In this document: positions 29,073 to 40,007 of the stretch, piece by piece
Position numbering within the stretch: the first letter of the stretch is position 1
How the letters are laid out: each line of letters starts with the position of its first letter
Source of the DNA: Myxococcales bacterium
GTDB taxonomy: Bacteria; Myxococcota_A; Polyangia; Polyangiales; JADJMO01
NCBI GenBank assembly: GCA_016794445.1
Contig: JAEUKC010000105.1
Location: forward strand, 8,949-72,948
Reading direction: 5' to 3'
DNA length: 64,000 bases
Program-made: the position numbers and the translations under genes
The notes under the pieces: model-generated
Told to the model about the DNA's origin: nothing
The model's database searches: none
Seen by the model: only the letters and a program-made list of their open reading frames with translations

Positions 29073-30511
29073 GCGCCGCGCGCCTTGACCGCCCCGGCGC
29101 GGAGGCGCTCGAGGGCCACCGCCTGGCCGAGCACGTGGATGGTCTCGTAGATCCCGGGCGAGACGCCGCGGCCGGTGAGGGCCACGCGGGCCGGCTGGGC
29201 CACGTCCTTGATCTGGAGGCCCCTGTCGCCGAGGTACTTGGAGAACGCCGCCTCGAGGCCCGCGATGGTGCACTCGGCGCCCTCGACCACCTGCGCGAGC
29301 TCCTCGAGCACCGGCGCGGCCGCGGGCACGAGGAACTTGGCGACCGCCTTGTCGTCCCACACCAGCTCGCGCCGGAAGAACGGGTCGAGCGACTCGGCCG
29401 CCTCGAGGTAGGTCTTGGCGCGCTCGCGCACGTGGGGGAGCGCGACGAGCAGCTTCGCCGCGTCGATCTCGAGCCCGCGGGCCACTAGGAACGGGGTGAC
29501 CGCCGCCGCGTATTCCGCGTCGGGCGTGAGCACCGGATCCTTGAGGTGGGCGTGGTTGATGGCCGCGAGCTTCTTGGTGTCGAACTTGCCGTCCGACTTG
29601 TTGCAGCGCGCCCAGTCGAACTTCTCGACCATGCCGGCGCGCGAGAACACCTCCTCGTCGCCGAACGACCAGCCGAAGCGGACGAGGTAGTTGAGCAGCG
29701 CGACCGGCGAGAAGCCGCCGTTCTTGTACTCGTCGACGCTGACCGCGCCGTGGCGCTTGGAGAGCTTCTCGCCCGAGGCGGCGAGCATCATCGGCAGGTG
29801 CGCGAACTTGGGGCATGCGGCGCCGAGCGCCTGGTAGAGGAGGATCTGCGGCGGGGTGTTGACCATGTGGTCGCGGCCGCGCGCCACGAGCGTGATGCCC
29901 ATGGTCAGGTCGTCGATCACGCAGCCGAAGTTGTAGAGCGGCACGCCGTCGCTGCGGATCAGCACGAAATCCTGCTGCGCCGCGTTGGGCGTGGTCACCT
30001 GACCGAACACGAGGTCGTCGTAGGAGACGGCGCCCGACGACGGCGACTTGAAGCGCACGACGTAGGGCTTGCCCTCGAGCCAGTCCGAGGGGCCCTTGTC
30101 GCGCCACCACCCGGGGTAGCGGAACTCGGCCTTCGGGTTCTTCGCCTTGAGCTCGGCCCGGGCGGCGTCCAGCTCCTCCTTGGTGGCATAACAGCGGTAC
30201 GCCTTGCCCTCGGAGATGAGCCGATCCGCGTACTCCTTGTAGAGGCCGAGGCGCTCCATCTGGGTGTAGGGGCCGAAATCGCCGCCCACCTCGGGCCCCT
30301 CGTCCCACTCGAGGCCGAGCCAGCGCAGCGAGTCGAGGATCACCTGCCGGCTCGCCTCGGTGCTGCGCTCCTGGTCGGTGTCCTCGATGCGCAGGACGAA
30401 GGTCCCGCCCGTCTTTCGGGCCCAGAGCCAGTTGAAGAGGGCCGTGCGCACCCCCCCGATGTGGAGGTAGCCGGTGGGGGACGGGGCGAATCGGACGCGC
30501 TCTCGGGCCAT
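29069..30511 (-). CDS. gltX: Glutamate--tRNA ligase
   Basis: Motifs RFAPSPTGYLHIGG, LRIEDTD and KLSKRHG, with a C-terminal anticodon-binding domain. Confidence 0.96.
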   Translation of the reverse strand: MARERVRFAPSPTGYLHIGGVRTALFNWLWARKTGGTFVLRIEDTDQERSTEASRQVILDSLRWLGLEWDEGPEVGGDFGPYTQMERLGLYKEYADRLISEGKAYRCYATKEELDAARAELKAKNPKAEFRYPGWWRDKGPSDWLEGKPYVVRFKSPSSGAVSYDDLVFGQVTTPNAAQQDFVLIRSDGVPLYNFGCVIDDLTMGITLVARGRDHMVNTPPQILLYQALGAACPKFAHLPMMLAASGEKLSKRHGAVSVDEYKNGGFSPVALLNYLVRFGWSFGDEEVFSRAGMVEKFDWARCNKSDGKFDTKKLAAINHAHLKDPVLTPDAEYAAAVTPFLVARGLEIDAAKLLVALPHVRERAKTYLEAAESLDPFFRRELVWDDKAVAKFLVPAAAPVLEELAQVVEGAECTIAGLEAAFSKYLGDRGLQIKDVAQPARVALTGRGVSPGIYETIHVLGQAVALERLRAGAVKARGA

Positions 30512-30599
30512 TGGGAGGCCCGGCGGATAGCAGAGCGCCCCCCGCGCGGCACGGGGTTGCTGCCCGCGACTTTCGCCGTCTACGGTCCCGACCCCGTCC

Positions 30600-31601
30600 A
30601 TGCGCATCCTCGTCCTGTCGCGGAGCTCCACGCTGTACTCGACGACCCGCATCGTCCTCGCCGCCCGCGCGCGAGGCCACGAGGTGGAGGTCGCCGACCC
30701 GCTGCAGTTCCAGCTGTGCGTGAAGCGCGGCCGCCCCGAGATGTACCGGGCGAGCGGCGGCATCCCCCGCTACGACGTGGTGGTCCCGCGCATCGGCGCC
30801 TCGATCACGAGCTACGGGCTCGCCGTCGTGCGCCACTTCGAGATGATGGGCGTGCCTTGCCTCAACGGCGCCGTGGCCATCGCGCGGTCGCGCGACAAGC
30901 TGCGCGCGCTCCAGCTCCTCACCCGCAAGGACATCGACGTCCCGGTCACCGTCTGCGCGCGGTCGCCCAAGGACATGGACATGATGCTCGAGCTGGTGGG
31001 CGGCACCCCCGTGATCGTGAAGCTCCAGCAGGGCACCCAGGGCATCGGCGTGATGATCGCCGAGACCCGTCAGGCCGTGTCCTCCCTGCTCGAGACCCTG
31101 TGGGGCATGGGTCAGGACATCATCGTCCAGCAGTACATCGCCGAGGCCAAGGGGCGCGACGTCCGCGCGTTCGTGGTCGGCAACCGCGTCGTCGCGGCCA
31201 TGCGCCGCTCGGCCAAGGCCGGCGAGTTCCGCAGCAACCTGCACCGTGGCGGCGAGGGCCAGCGCGTGCACCTCAACGACGAGTACAAGCGCGCGGCCGT
31301 CGCGGCGACCAAGGTCATGGGGCTCGAGGTGGCCGGCGTCGACATGCTCGAGAGCTCGACCGGGCCCAAGATCCTCGAGATCAACTCCTCCCCGGGCCTC
31401 GAGGGCATCGAGCGCTCCACCAGCGTCGACGTGGCCGACAAGATCATCGCGCGCGCGGAGCGGTTCGTGGAGCGCCGCGGCCAGCGGGCCACCGACGCGG
31501 TCATCGACGCCGAGCGCCGCGCGCGTAGGCTCCAGACCGCGGTCACTCCTTCGGGCAGCTCGCGCGGACCGGCAGCCTCGGATCGATCAAGAAGCCGGTG
31601 A
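30600..31601 (+). CDS. rimK: RimK-family alpha-L-glutamate ligase (ATP-grasp)
   Basis: Motifs PRIGASIT, SRDKLR, GTQGIGV, EFRSNLHRGG and EINSSPGLEGIE. Confidence 0.92.
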   Translation: MRILVLSRSSTLYSTTRIVLAARARGHEVEVADPLQFQLCVKRGRPEMYRASGGIPRYDVVVPRIGASITSYGLAVVRHFEMMGVPCLNGAVAIARSRDKLRALQLLTRKDIDVPVTVCARSPKDMDMMLELVGGTPVIVKLQQGTQGIGVMIAETRQAVSSLLETLWGMGQDIIVQQYIAEAKGRDVRAFVVGNRVVAAMRRSAKAGEFRSNLHRGGEGQRVHLNDEYKRAAVAATKVMGLEVAGVDMLESSTGPKILEINSSPGLEGIERSTSVDVADKIIARAERFVERRGQRATDAVIDAERRARRLQTAVTPSGSSRGPAASDRSRSR

Positions 31602-32988
31602 TCGCGTCGCGCACGCACGCGCTGTGCACCGAGGCGGAGTGCCCGTCGCCCTCGTAGACGAGGAGCTGGCTCGAGGGCCCCAGCAGGCTGCGCATCGCCT
31701 CCGCGTTCCCGAACGGCGCGATGGGGTCGAACCGCCCTGCGACGACGAGCGCCGGCGGCGCGCGATCCGCCTTGAACCCGGGCCGCGGCGGCGCCGACCA
31801 CCCGACGCAGAGCGACCAGGGTGAGAGCGCCATCCACCCCGTGCGCGGGAGCTTCGCGCGCAAGGACGCGCCGAAGCTCGCGAACGCCGACAGCGAGGCC
31901 GCCGAGAGCCGCTGATCGCCGCACACGATGGCGACGTGCACCCCGAAATGGCCGTCGTAGTGACCCGCGGCGTCGCGCCCGGTCGCGAGATCGGCGCGCG
32001 CGAGCAAGGCGGAGGCGTCCCCCGCTTCGGCCTTGGCGAGGTCGGCGCCGAGCTTGACGGCGTCGCCGATCCGGAGCCCGTCCGCGACCGCGAAGCCGAG
32101 GTCGGTCCGCGAGAGTGAACGCGTGCCCGCCGGCAGCTTCGCCGTGGTGGTCCTGGCGACGAGCGCGTCGAACCGGCTCGCGACCGCGCCCGGGTCTGCC
32201 CCCCCGAAGGCGCAGGTGGCGCTCGCCGCGCAGGCCGCGAAGAACCGCTCGAGGCCCTGGGCGCGGGCCTCGGCGACGCCCGTGAGGTCGGCCTCCAGAT
32301 CGGGACCGAGCACCGTCGGCGAGTCGAGGACCATGGCCCCGATTCGCTCGGGGAACAGGCTTTCGTAGGCGAGGCCCAGCATGCCCCCGTACGAGTAGCC
32401 GAGGAAGGCGACCCGCTCGACGCCGAGCGCCTTCCGGATCGCCTCGAGATCACGCGCCTGCGTGGCGAGATCGAGGTGGCTGGCGAGCGCGCTCTTCTGA
32501 CACCCGCCGCGCAGCGCGTCGGCCAGCGCCAGAACCCCCGTCGTGCTCCCGCCCTCGAGCGCGAGATCCGCCGCGCGCAGCTGGTCGAACGTGGCGTCGT
32601 CGGCGCAGGGCAGCCTCGTGCTCAGGCCGACGCCGCGCACGTCCCAGGTGACCACGTCGAACCGCGCGAGCGCCTTGCCGAAGCCGACGCGGTAGGCGCC
32701 GTACTGCGCGGCGAAGCGCTCGACCATCGGCGCGCCCGGACCCCCGGGGTTGAGGAACACGACCCCCGCCGCCTCGCCGTCGAGCGCGCGGGCTCGGCCG
32801 ACCCGGAGGGAGATCTTCGGCCCCTCGGGCGAAGACCAGTCGAGCGGCACGATCACGTCCGCGCACTCGAGCGGGTCGGCGCACGCCGTGAACACGAGCG
32901 GTGGCGGCGGCGCCGGTGCGTCGGCCGAGCACGAGAGCAGCGCCGCCAGCGTGACGTGCCGCAGCGAGGCCGCCGTTGCTTGCGTCAC
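31543..32988 (-). CDS. Secreted alpha/beta-hydrolase, TAP-like (S33) peptidase
   Basis: Motifs ECADVIVPLDW, NPGGPG, DVRGVG, GYSYGG, DPIAP and GDGH. Lipobox-like LLS-C. The 3' end overlaps rimK by 59 nt. Confidence 0.85.
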   Translation of the reverse strand: MTQATAASLRHVTLAALLSCSADAPAPPPPLVFTACADPLECADVIVPLDWSSPEGPKISLRVGRARALDGEAAGVVFLNPGGPGAPMVERFAAQYGAYRVGFGKALARFDVVTWDVRGVGLSTRLPCADDATFDQLRAADLALEGGSTTGVLALADALRGGCQKSALASHLDLATQARDLEAIRKALGVERVAFLGYSYGGMLGLAYESLFPERIGAMVLDSPTVLGPDLEADLTGVAEARAQGLERFFAACAASATCAFGGADPGAVASRFDALVARTTTAKLPAGTRSLSRTDLGFAVADGLRIGDAVKLGADLAKAEAGDASALLARADLATGRDAAGHYDGHFGVHVAIVCGDQRLSAASLSAFASFGASLRAKLPRTGWMALSPWSLCVGWSAPPRPGFKADRAPPALVVAGRFDPIAPFGNAEAMRSLLGPSSQLLVYEGDGHSASVHSACVRDAITGFLIDPRLPVRASCPKE

Positions 32989-33016
32989 CCGACGAGCGTA
33001 CGCAGCGAGCAACCCG

Positions 33017-35359
33017 ATGGCAAACCCCGCCCTGCCCGACGTCGAGGAGGAGCACGCCCTCGCGGCGGCCTTCGACGCCGAGCGCGCCGTGGTGGTGCGG
33101 ACCCGCTCGCGCTGGATCTGGGGCGCGTCGCTCGCCGTCTGGGTCGTGAGCCTCCTCTTCGTGGACCGCGCCGTCTTCACGACCGCCCAGGCCCTCGTCA
33201 TCCGCCTCCCCGAGTGCGCGCTCGCCTGCGCGCTCTTGGTCTGGCTACGCCGGCCGCGCAGCCTCGACGCCATCGAGCTCGCCATGGTCGCCGGCTCGAT
33301 CCTGATCGCGGTGGTGAGCGGCTACGGCTTCGCGCATGTCCCGGTCGAGCGCTTGCCCGTCAAGATCGTCAGCCTCGTGCTGAGCAGCCTCCTCGTCACG
33401 CTGCTCGGAGGGTTCACCTGGCGCTGCAACCTCGCCATCGCCGTCGTCACCCAGCTCGCCCTCCTCGTCGTGGCCGCGCGGGGCGCGGGCTCGCTCTGGT
33501 TGCTGTCGCTCACCGCGACGGGCTTCGCGTACGGCGTCGCCGTCGTCTCGGCGGCCGCGCGCGATCGGCTCGGTCGTGACGCCCTCGCGACGCGGCGGGC
33601 GCTGGTCCGCGCCCACGAGCGGCTGCAGCGCGACGACGAGCTCAAGCGGAGGCTGTTCGTCGACCTCGCCCACGACCTCCGCACCCCGCTGGCGGTCATC
33701 CGCGGCGAGGCGGCCCTCCTCGAGGGCGAGGCGCGCTCGAAGGAGGACGCCGCGTCGCTCGCGCGGATCGAGCGCAACGCCCTCGCCGTGGCAGACCTCG
33801 CCGACCAGCTCCTCGACCTCGCCCGCCTCGAGGCCGGCCAGATGCCGGTGCGCGCGCGCCCGTGCGACCTCTCGGTGATCGCGCGGGACGTGGCGGCCCA
33901 GCTCGCGCCCCGCGGCGGCTCGCGGGTGCTGGTCGAGGCCGAGGTGCCGCGCGTCGCGCAGGTCGATCCGGGGCACGCGGCGCGGATCCTCGGCAACCTC
34001 GTCGCCAACGCGCTCCGCCAGCTCGATCGCGCGGGGCGCGCGGGCACGGTCACGCTGGTCGTGGGCGGCCCCGAGAGAGAGCGGGTCTGGGTCGACGTGG
34101 TCGACGACGGCCCGGGGGTCCCCCTGTCGCGACGCGAGGCCATCTTCGAGCGCTTCGTGTCGTTCGACCGCGAGGGCGGGGCCACCTCGGGGGTCGGGCT
34201 CCCCCTCGCCCGCGAGCTCGCCGGCCTCAACGGCGGCACACTCGCCTTGCTCGAGGGAGCGCCCACCACGTTCCGGCTCGAGCTCCCGGCCACCGACGAG
34301 GCGCCGCGGACCGAGCCGAAGCCCGCCTCCTCCGGTCGGGGGGTGCCGCCCTCGTCGGAGACACGCCCACCCGGCAAGGGGCGCGTGGTGCTCGTGGTGG
34401 AGGACGACGCCGACATGCGGCGACTCCTCGACCGGACCCTCGGCAGGAGCTTCCGCGTGGAGCTCGCCGCGACCGTCGGCGCGGCCCGACAGCGCCTCGC
34501 GCGCGCCCCTCGCCCGAGCGCCGTCGTCACCGACGTGATGCTCCCCGACGGCACGGGCTACGACGTCCTCTCCGCGGTGCGCACCGCCTTCGAGGGCACC
34601 CCCGTCCTGCTGCTCTCCGCGCTCGGCGAGGCGGAGGAGCGCGTGCGGGGCCTCACGGCGGGCGCGGACGACTACCTCCCCAAGCCGTTCGCGCCCGAGG
34701 AGCTGCGGAGCCGCGTGGCCGCCGCGATCGACCGCGTGGAAGGGTTCGAGCGCGCCCTCTCGGCCCAGCGCGAGGCGGTGCTGATGGAGGTCCACGACGG
34801 CGTGAGCGGCAGCCTCTCCCGCGCGTTCTCGCTGCTCTCGGCCCTCGGCGACGGGGACGACCTCGACCCCGCGCGCGACGCCATCCGCGACGGCATCGAC
34901 GAGGTGCGCGCCCTGCCCGGCCTGCTCTCGCCGCGCCCCGCCACCCTCGGCGCGGTGGCCGCCGACATCCGCCGCGCGCTCGGCGACGCCTGCGCCGCGG
35001 CCGACCTCACGCTGACTCTGGACGAGCAGGGGCTCGACGACGAAGCCGAGAAAGCGGAGCTCGACGCAGCCGTGGCCCACGCGCTGCGACGGGCGGCACG
35101 CGAGGCCACGACCAACGTGATCAAGTACGCCGGGGCCAGGTCGCTCACCTGCCGGCTCCACGCTCGACCGGAGGCGATCACCCTCCGCATCGAGGACGAC
35201 GGCCAGGGCTTTCCCGAGACCACGAGTCTCGGACAGGGACTCGGGATCATGGCGCGGCGCGCGCTCCGCGTGGGGGGACGGGTCGACCACGGCAACCGCG
35301 ACGAGGGCGGCGCCTGGGTCGAGATCACGCTGCCGCCGCGCGCCCCGCGGCCCTCCTGA
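33017..35359 (+). CDS. Membrane hybrid sensor with two kinase cores: HisKA-HATPase-REC-HisKA_3-HATPase
   Basis: About 5 TM. Core 1: AHDLRTPL, NLVANA, DDGPGV, GVGL. Receiver: VEDD, TDVMLPD, KPF. Core 2: EVHDGV, EATTNVIKY, DDGQGF, GQGL. Confidence 0.85.
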   Translation: MANPALPDVEEEHALAAAFDAERAVVVRTRSRWIWGASLAVWVVSLLFVDRAVFTTAQALVIRLPECALACALLVWLRRPRSLDAIELAMVAGSILIAVVSGYGFAHVPVERLPVKIVSLVLSSLLVTLLGGFTWRCNLAIAVVTQLALLVVAARGAGSLWLLSLTATGFAYGVAVVSAAARDRLGRDALATRRALVRAHERLQRDDELKRRLFVDLAHDLRTPLAVIRGEAALLEGEARSKEDAASLARIERNALAVADLADQLLDLARLEAGQMPVRARPCDLSVIARDVAAQLAPRGGSRVLVEAEVPRVAQVDPGHAARILGNLVANALRQLDRAGRAGTVTLVVGGPERERVWVDVVDDGPGVPLSRREAIFERFVSFDREGGATSGVGLPLARELAGLNGGTLALLEGAPTTFRLELPATDEAPRTEPKPASSGRGVPPSSETRPPGKGRVVLVVEDDADMRRLLDRTLGRSFRVELAATVGAARQRLARAPRPSAVVTDVMLPDGTGYDVLSAVRTAFEGTPVLLLSALGEAEERVRGLTAGADDYLPKPFAPEELRSRVAAAIDRVEGFERALSAQREAVLMEVHDGVSGSLSRAFSLLSALGDGDDLDPARDAIRDGIDEVRALPGLLSPRPATLGAVAADIRRALGDACAAADLTLTLDEQGLDDEAEKAELDAAVAHALRRAAREATTNVIKYAGARSLTCRLHARPEAITLRIEDDGQGFPETTSLGQGLGIMARRALRVGGRVDHGNRDEGGAWVEITLPPRAPRPS

Positions 35360-35452
35360 GCGCGTCAGCCGCTCGACGTCGTCGGCCCCTCGGCGTCAGG
35401 GGCTTGGCGAACGGGGAGCGTCGTCTTCACCGGGACTGCTGAACGGAAGACT

Positions 35453-35468
35453 TGGTCCGTCCCCTGCA
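35453..35468 (+). promoter_or_regulatory. Possible sigma54 -24/-12 promoter upstream of cheA
   Basis: TGGTCCGTCCCCTGCA has GG-N10-GC spacing but is an imperfect match, and it lies very close to the start codon. Confidence 0.3.
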
Positions 35469-35481
35469 AGAGGGCGCACCC

Positions 35482-37677
35482 ATGGATGACGACATCGTCA
35501 AGGAGTTCCTCGTGGAGAGCCACGAGAACCTGGATCAGCTGGACCGAGACTTCGTCGCGCTGGAGGCCGATCCGACTGCACGCGGGCAGATCGCGGGGAT
35601 CTTCCGCACCATCCACACCATCAAGGGGACCTCCGGCTTCCTCGGCTTCTCCGGCCTCGAATCCCTGACGCACGTCGCCGAGAACCTGCTCTCGCAGCTG
35701 CGCGAGGGCACCCGCCAGCTCGACGCCGACATCGTGACCGCGCTCCTCCAGACGGTGGACGCGGTCCGCGAGATGCTGGCCTCGATCGAGGCCACCGGCA
35801 CCGACGGCCAGCGCGACGACTCCGAGCTCATCGCACGCCTCGCCCGGCTCCAGGGCAAGGGCGACGACCGCGCTGCGCACAAGCAGGCCTCTCACCGGCC
35901 CGCGCCCCCGCTTGCGCCGACGCCTGCGCCCCCGGCAGCGCCAGCGGCGCCCATCCCCACGATGTCGAAGGCGCCCGAACACGCCCCGCCCCCGGAGGTC
36001 ACGGCGACCGCCGTCTCCGACACCAGCGTGCGCGTCGACGTGGGCCTCCTCGATCGCCTGATGAACCTGGTGGGCGAGCTCGTCCTCGCGCGCAACCAGA
36101 TCCTGCAGTTCGGCTCCACGGTGAAGGACGGCGCGTTCCACGGCACGAGCCAGCGCCTGAACCTGCTGACGACCGAGCTGCAGGAAGGCGTGATGAAGAC
36201 GCGCATGCAGCCGATCGGCAACGTGTGGGGCAAGTTCCCGCGCGTCGTGCGCGACCTCGCGGTCACCTGCGGCAAGCAGGTGCGCATCGAGATGGAGGGC
36301 GAGGACACCGAGCTCGATCGCACCATCATCGAGGCCATCAAGGACCCGCTCACCCACGCGGTGCGCAACTCGATCGACCACGGCATCGAGCGCCCCGAGG
36401 TCCGCGTCGCGGCCGGCAAGCCCGCCCAGGGCCGCCTGTTCCTGCGCGCCTTCCACGAGGGCGGCCAGGTGAACATCGAGATCAGCGACGACGGCGGCGG
36501 CATCGACCCCATCAAGGTGCGCGACCGCGCCGTGGCCCGCGGACTCGTGCCGGCCGATCGCGCCCAGCGCATGAGCGATCGCGAGCTCGTGTCCCTCGTG
36601 TTCCTCCCCGGCTTCTCGACCGCCGAGAAGGTCACCAACGTCTCGGGCCGCGGCGTCGGCATGGACGTCGTCAAGACCAACATCGAGCGGATCGGCGGCA
36701 CCGTCGAGCTGACCAGCCGCCACGGCTCCGGCACCTCGCTTCGCGTGAAGATCCCGCTCACCCTGGCGATCATCCCCGCGCTCGTCGTCACGACGCGCAG
36801 CGAGCGCTACGCGATCCCGCAGGTCAACCTGCTCGAGCTCGTGCGCATCGAGCCCGAGGCCGCGGCCCGCGCGGTGGAGTCGATCCACGGCGTCCCGGTG
36901 TTCCGGCTCCGCGGCAACCTCCTGCCCCTCGTCTACCTCGGCGCCGCGCTCGAGCTCGGTGGGCCCAGCACCGCCCCCGACGGCTCGCTGTGCATCGTCG
37001 TGCTCTCCGCCGACGACCGCACGTTCGGCCTCGTCGTGGACGGCGTGCACGACACGGAGGAGATCGTCGTCAAGCCGCTCGGCAAGGAGCTCAAGGGCCT
37101 CACCGCCTTCGCCGGCGCCACCATCATGGGGGACGGCAAGGTGGCGTTGATCCTCGACGTCCTCGGCATCGCCCAGCGCGCGAACGTCGTCTCGAGCAGC
37201 AAGGACCGCAAGCGCGAGGGCGCCGACACCGACCTCGCGACGGGTACCGAGGACAAGCAGGCCCTCCTGCTCGTCCGCGTCGGCGCCGACATGCGCATGG
37301 CCATCCCCCTCGCCATGGTCGCTCGGCTCGAGGAGCTCCCCCGCCGTGGCGTGGAGCGCGCAGGGCGACACCAGGTGGTCCAGTACCGCGAGCAGCTCCT
37401 GCCCCTCGTGGACGTCGCCACCGTGGTCGGCGCCAGCGCCGCCGACCAGGGCGACGCCGACGCGCCCCTCCAGGTCGTCGTGCACGCCAGGAACGGGCGT
37501 CGGGTCGGCCTCGTCGTCGAGCAGATCGTCGACATCGTGGAGGACTTCGTCCGCATCGAGCGCCCCTTCGCCCAGCGCGGGATCGTCGGCGCCACCGTCG
37601 TCGAGGGCCGCGTCACCAACCTCCTCGACGTCGAGGGGGTCATCGACGCCTGCGACCCGAGCCTCTCCGCCGCCTGA
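35482..37677 (+). CDS. cheA: Chemotaxis histidine kinase CheA with two CheW domains
   Basis: HPt [38 protein letters not shown] and [10 protein letters not shown], then two CheW-like domains. Confidence 0.95.
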   Translation: MDDDIVKEFLVESHENLDQLDRDFVALEADPTARGQIAGIFRTIHTIKGTSGFLGFSGLESLTHVAENLLSQLREGTRQLDADIVTALLQTVDAVREMLASIEATGTDGQRDDSELIARLARLQGKGDDRAAHKQASHRPAPPLAPTPAPPAAPAAPIPTMSKAPEHAPPPEVTATAVSDTSVRVDVGLLDRLMNLVGELVLARNQILQFGSTVKDGAFHGTSQRLNLLTTELQEGVMKTRMQPIGNVWGKFPRVVRDLAVTCGKQVRIEMEGEDTELDRTIIEAIKDPLTHAVRNSIDHGIERPEVRVAAGKPAQGRLFLRAFHEGGQVNIEISDDGGGIDPIKVRDRAVARGLVPADRAQRMSDRELVSLVFLPGFSTAEKVTNVSGRGVGMDVVKTNIERIGGTVELTSRHGSGTSLRVKIPLTLAIIPALVVTTRSERYAIPQVNLLELVRIEPEAAARAVESIHGVPVFRLRGNLLPLVYLGAALELGGPSTAPDGSLCIVVLSADDRTFGLVVDGVHDTEEIVVKPLGKELKGLTAFAGATIMGDGKVALILDVLGIAQRANVVSSSKDRKREGADTDLATGTEDKQALLLVRVGADMRMAIPLAMVARLEELPRRGVERAGRHQVVQYREQLLPLVDVATVVGASAADQGDADAPLQVVVHARNGRRVGLVVEQIVDIVEDFVRIERPFAQRGIVGATVVEGRVTNLLDVEGVIDACDPSLSAA

Positions 37678-37689
37678 AAGGACCGAACC

Positions 37690-38127
37690 TTGGCCACCCG
37701 TCAGCTCTGCACCTTCCAGCTCGCCGGCGCGTCCTTCGGCGTCGACGTGACCCACGTGCAAGAGGTCATCCGCGAGCAGGAGATGACCCGCGTCCCGCTC
37801 GCCCCGCCGATGATCTACGGCCTCATCAACCTGCGCGGCCAGATCGTCAGCGCGATCGACATGCGCACGCGCCTCGGCCTGCCGCCCCGGACGACCGAGA
37901 CCCCACCGATGAACGTGGTGGTGCGCACCGACGAGGGCGCGATGTCGCTCCTGGTCGACCAGATCGGCGACGTCATCGAGGTCGGCGACGACGCGTTCGA
38001 GCGCCCGCCGGAGACCCTCGACGTCGCGACCAAGGAGCTCGTGCAAGGCGTCTACAAGCTCGAAGGCCATCTCTTGCTGTTGCTCGACACCGCCCGCGTG
38101 GTCCCGACCACCGAGCGGGCGAGCTGA
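37690..38127 (+). CDS. cheW: Chemotaxis coupling protein CheW
   Basis: Motifs [17 protein letters not shown] and [12 protein letters not shown] start after AAGGA. Confidence 0.93.
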   Translation: MATRQLCTFQLAGASFGVDVTHVQEVIREQEMTRVPLAPPMIYGLINLRGQIVSAIDMRTRLGLPPRTTETPPMNVVVRTDEGAMSLLVDQIGDVIEVGDDAFERPPETLDVATKELVQGVYKLEGHLLLLLDTARVVPTTERAS

Positions 38128-38174
38128 GCAACCAACCCGGAACGATTCACAACACTCGACTGGAGGACACGTCC

Positions 38175-39977
38175 ATGGACGACACTGGCATCAGCGTGCG
38201 CCCGAGCGCGGCACCGAACGGCAACGGCAACGGGCACGCCGCCAAGGCGGAGCCCAAGGGCGACGGGTTCAACAGCAGCCTCGCGCTCGCCCTCCTCGAG
38301 GACGCGCCGAGCAACATCCTCTACGCCGACCGGGACTGCACCATCCGGTTCGCCAACACCGCGTCGCGGCGCACCCTCGAGCGGCTCGAGGCCCACCTCC
38401 CCATCCGGGCGCGCGACGTGGTCGGCGCCTCGATCGACATCTTCCACAAGAGCCCCGACCACCAGCGCCGGCTGCTCGCCGACCCCCGACGCCTCCCGCA
38501 CAAGGCGGTCATCGACCTCGGCCCGGAGAAGCTCCACTTGCACGTCACCGCCGTCTACGACGGGCGCGACTACGTCGGCGCGATGGTGACCTGGGACGTG
38601 GTCACCGACAAGGTCCGCCTCGAGCAGGAGATGGCGCGGGTCAAGTCGATGATGGACCAGGCGCCCATCAACGTCATGTACGCCGACAAGGACCTCAACA
38701 TCCAGTACATGAACCCCGCGTCGATCCAGACCCTGCGCACCCTCGAGCAGTACCTGCCCTGTCGCGCGGACGAGGTGCTCGGTCGGTCGATCGACATCTT
38801 CCACAAGAACCCCGACCACCAGCGGCGGATGCTCGCCGATCCGCGCAACCTGCCGCACAAGGCCAAGATCCGCCTCGGCCCGGAGCACCTCGAGCTCAAC
38901 GTGTCGGCGATCCTCGACGACCGCCGCAACGTGCTCGGCACCATGGTCACCTGGGCCATCATCACCCCGGCGGTCGAGGCCGAGCGCAAGATCAAGGAGG
39001 CCGCCGAGCGCGAGCGTCAGCTCGGCGAGGAGCTGCGCGCCAAGGTCGACGCGCTCCTCACGGTCGTGGCGAGCGCCGAGAAGGGCGACCTCACCAAGCG
39101 CGTCGACATCTCGGGCTCCGACGCCATCGGCCAGCTCGGCGAGGGGTTGCAGCGCTTCTTCTCCAACCTGCGCGGCAGCGTCGGGCAGATCGGGTCCAAC
39201 GCCGACGCGCTCTCGAGCTCGGCGCAGCAGCTCACCGCGGTCAGCCAGTCCATGGGCGCCAACGCCGAGGAGACGTCGGCCCAGGCGAGCGTCGTGTCGG
39301 CCGCCTCGGAAGAGGTGAACCGCAACGTCCAATCGGTCGCCACCGCGGCCGAGGAGATGACGGCCAGCATCCGCGAGATCGCCAAGAACGCCAACGAGGC
39401 GGCGCGCGTCGCCACGCAGGCGGTGAAGGTCGCCGAGACCACCAACTCCACCGTCGGCAAGCTCGGCGAGAGCAGCGCGGAGATCGGCAAGGTCATCAAG
39501 GTCATCACCTCGATCGCCCAGCAGACCAACCTCCTCGCGCTCAACGCCACCATCGAGGCCGCGCGCGCCGGCGAGGCGGGCAAGGGCTTCGCGGTCGTCG
39601 CCAACGAGGTCAAGGAGCTCGCCAAGGAGACCGCCAAGGCCACCGAGGACATCTCCCAGAAGATCGAGGCCATCCAGTCCGACACCCGCGGCGCCGTCGC
39701 CGCCATCGGCCAGATCGGCACCATCATCAACCAGATCAACGACATCCAGAACACGATCGCGAGCGCCGTCGAGGAGCAGACCGCGACGACCAACGAGATC
39801 AGCCGCAACGTCGGCGAGGCCGCCAAGGGCAGCGGTGAGATCGCCGAGAACATCACCGGCGTGGCCCGCGCCGCGCAGAACACCTCGAGCGGAGCGTCCG
39901 ACACCCAGCGGGCCGCCGCCGAGCTCTCCCGCATGGCCAGCGAGCTCCGCAAGCTGGTCGGCCAGTTCACCTACTAA
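38175..39977 (+). CDS. Soluble methyl-accepting chemotaxis protein with two Aer2-like PAS domains
   Basis: ATG after GGAGG, no TM. Two PAS repeats with SIDIFHKxPDHQRR...MVTW, then MCP hairpin [37 protein letters not shown]. Confidence 0.92.
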   Translation: MDDTGISVRPSAAPNGNGNGHAAKAEPKGDGFNSSLALALLEDAPSNILYADRDCTIRFANTASRRTLERLEAHLPIRARDVVGASIDIFHKSPDHQRRLLADPRRLPHKAVIDLGPEKLHLHVTAVYDGRDYVGAMVTWDVVTDKVRLEQEMARVKSMMDQAPINVMYADKDLNIQYMNPASIQTLRTLEQYLPCRADEVLGRSIDIFHKNPDHQRRMLADPRNLPHKAKIRLGPEHLELNVSAILDDRRNVLGTMVTWAIITPAVEAERKIKEAAERERQLGEELRAKVDALLTVVASAEKGDLTKRVDISGSDAIGQLGEGLQRFFSNLRGSVGQIGSNADALSSSAQQLTAVSQSMGANAEETSAQASVVSAASEEVNRNVQSVATAAEEMTASIREIAKNANEAARVATQAVKVAETTNSTVGKLGESSAEIGKVIKVITSIAQQTNLLALNATIEAARAGEAGKGFAVVANEVKELAKETAKATEDISQKIEAIQSDTRGAVAAIGQIGTIINQINDIQNTIASAVEEQTATTNEISRNVGEAAKGSGEIAENITGVARAAQNTSSGASDTQRAAAELSRMASELRKLVGQFTY

Positions 39978-40007
39978 GGTCCGCTCTCCCACTGCTCCGA
40001 GGCTCCC

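Noticed and set aside
31543-31601. rimK/hydrolase 59-nt convergent overlap as antisense regulation
   Set aside because: Short 3' overlaps from low-complexity C-terminal extensions are common in GC-rich genomes. There is no other support.
35360-35452. Riboswitch (e.g. c-di-GMP) upstream of cheA
   Set aside because: Only short hairpins (GCCCCT/AGGGGC, GTCTTC/GAAGAC), with no recognisable aptamer consensus.
36225-39977. 1250-aa giant MCP, and similar N-terminally extended ORFs (6740-9559, 9745-11238, 11432-14647, 27978-31271, 58884-61151)
   Set aside because: The N-terminal parts are Arg/Pro-rich off-frame readings of neighbouring genes. True starts lie downstream (38175, 9188, 10558, 13715, 29072, 60239).
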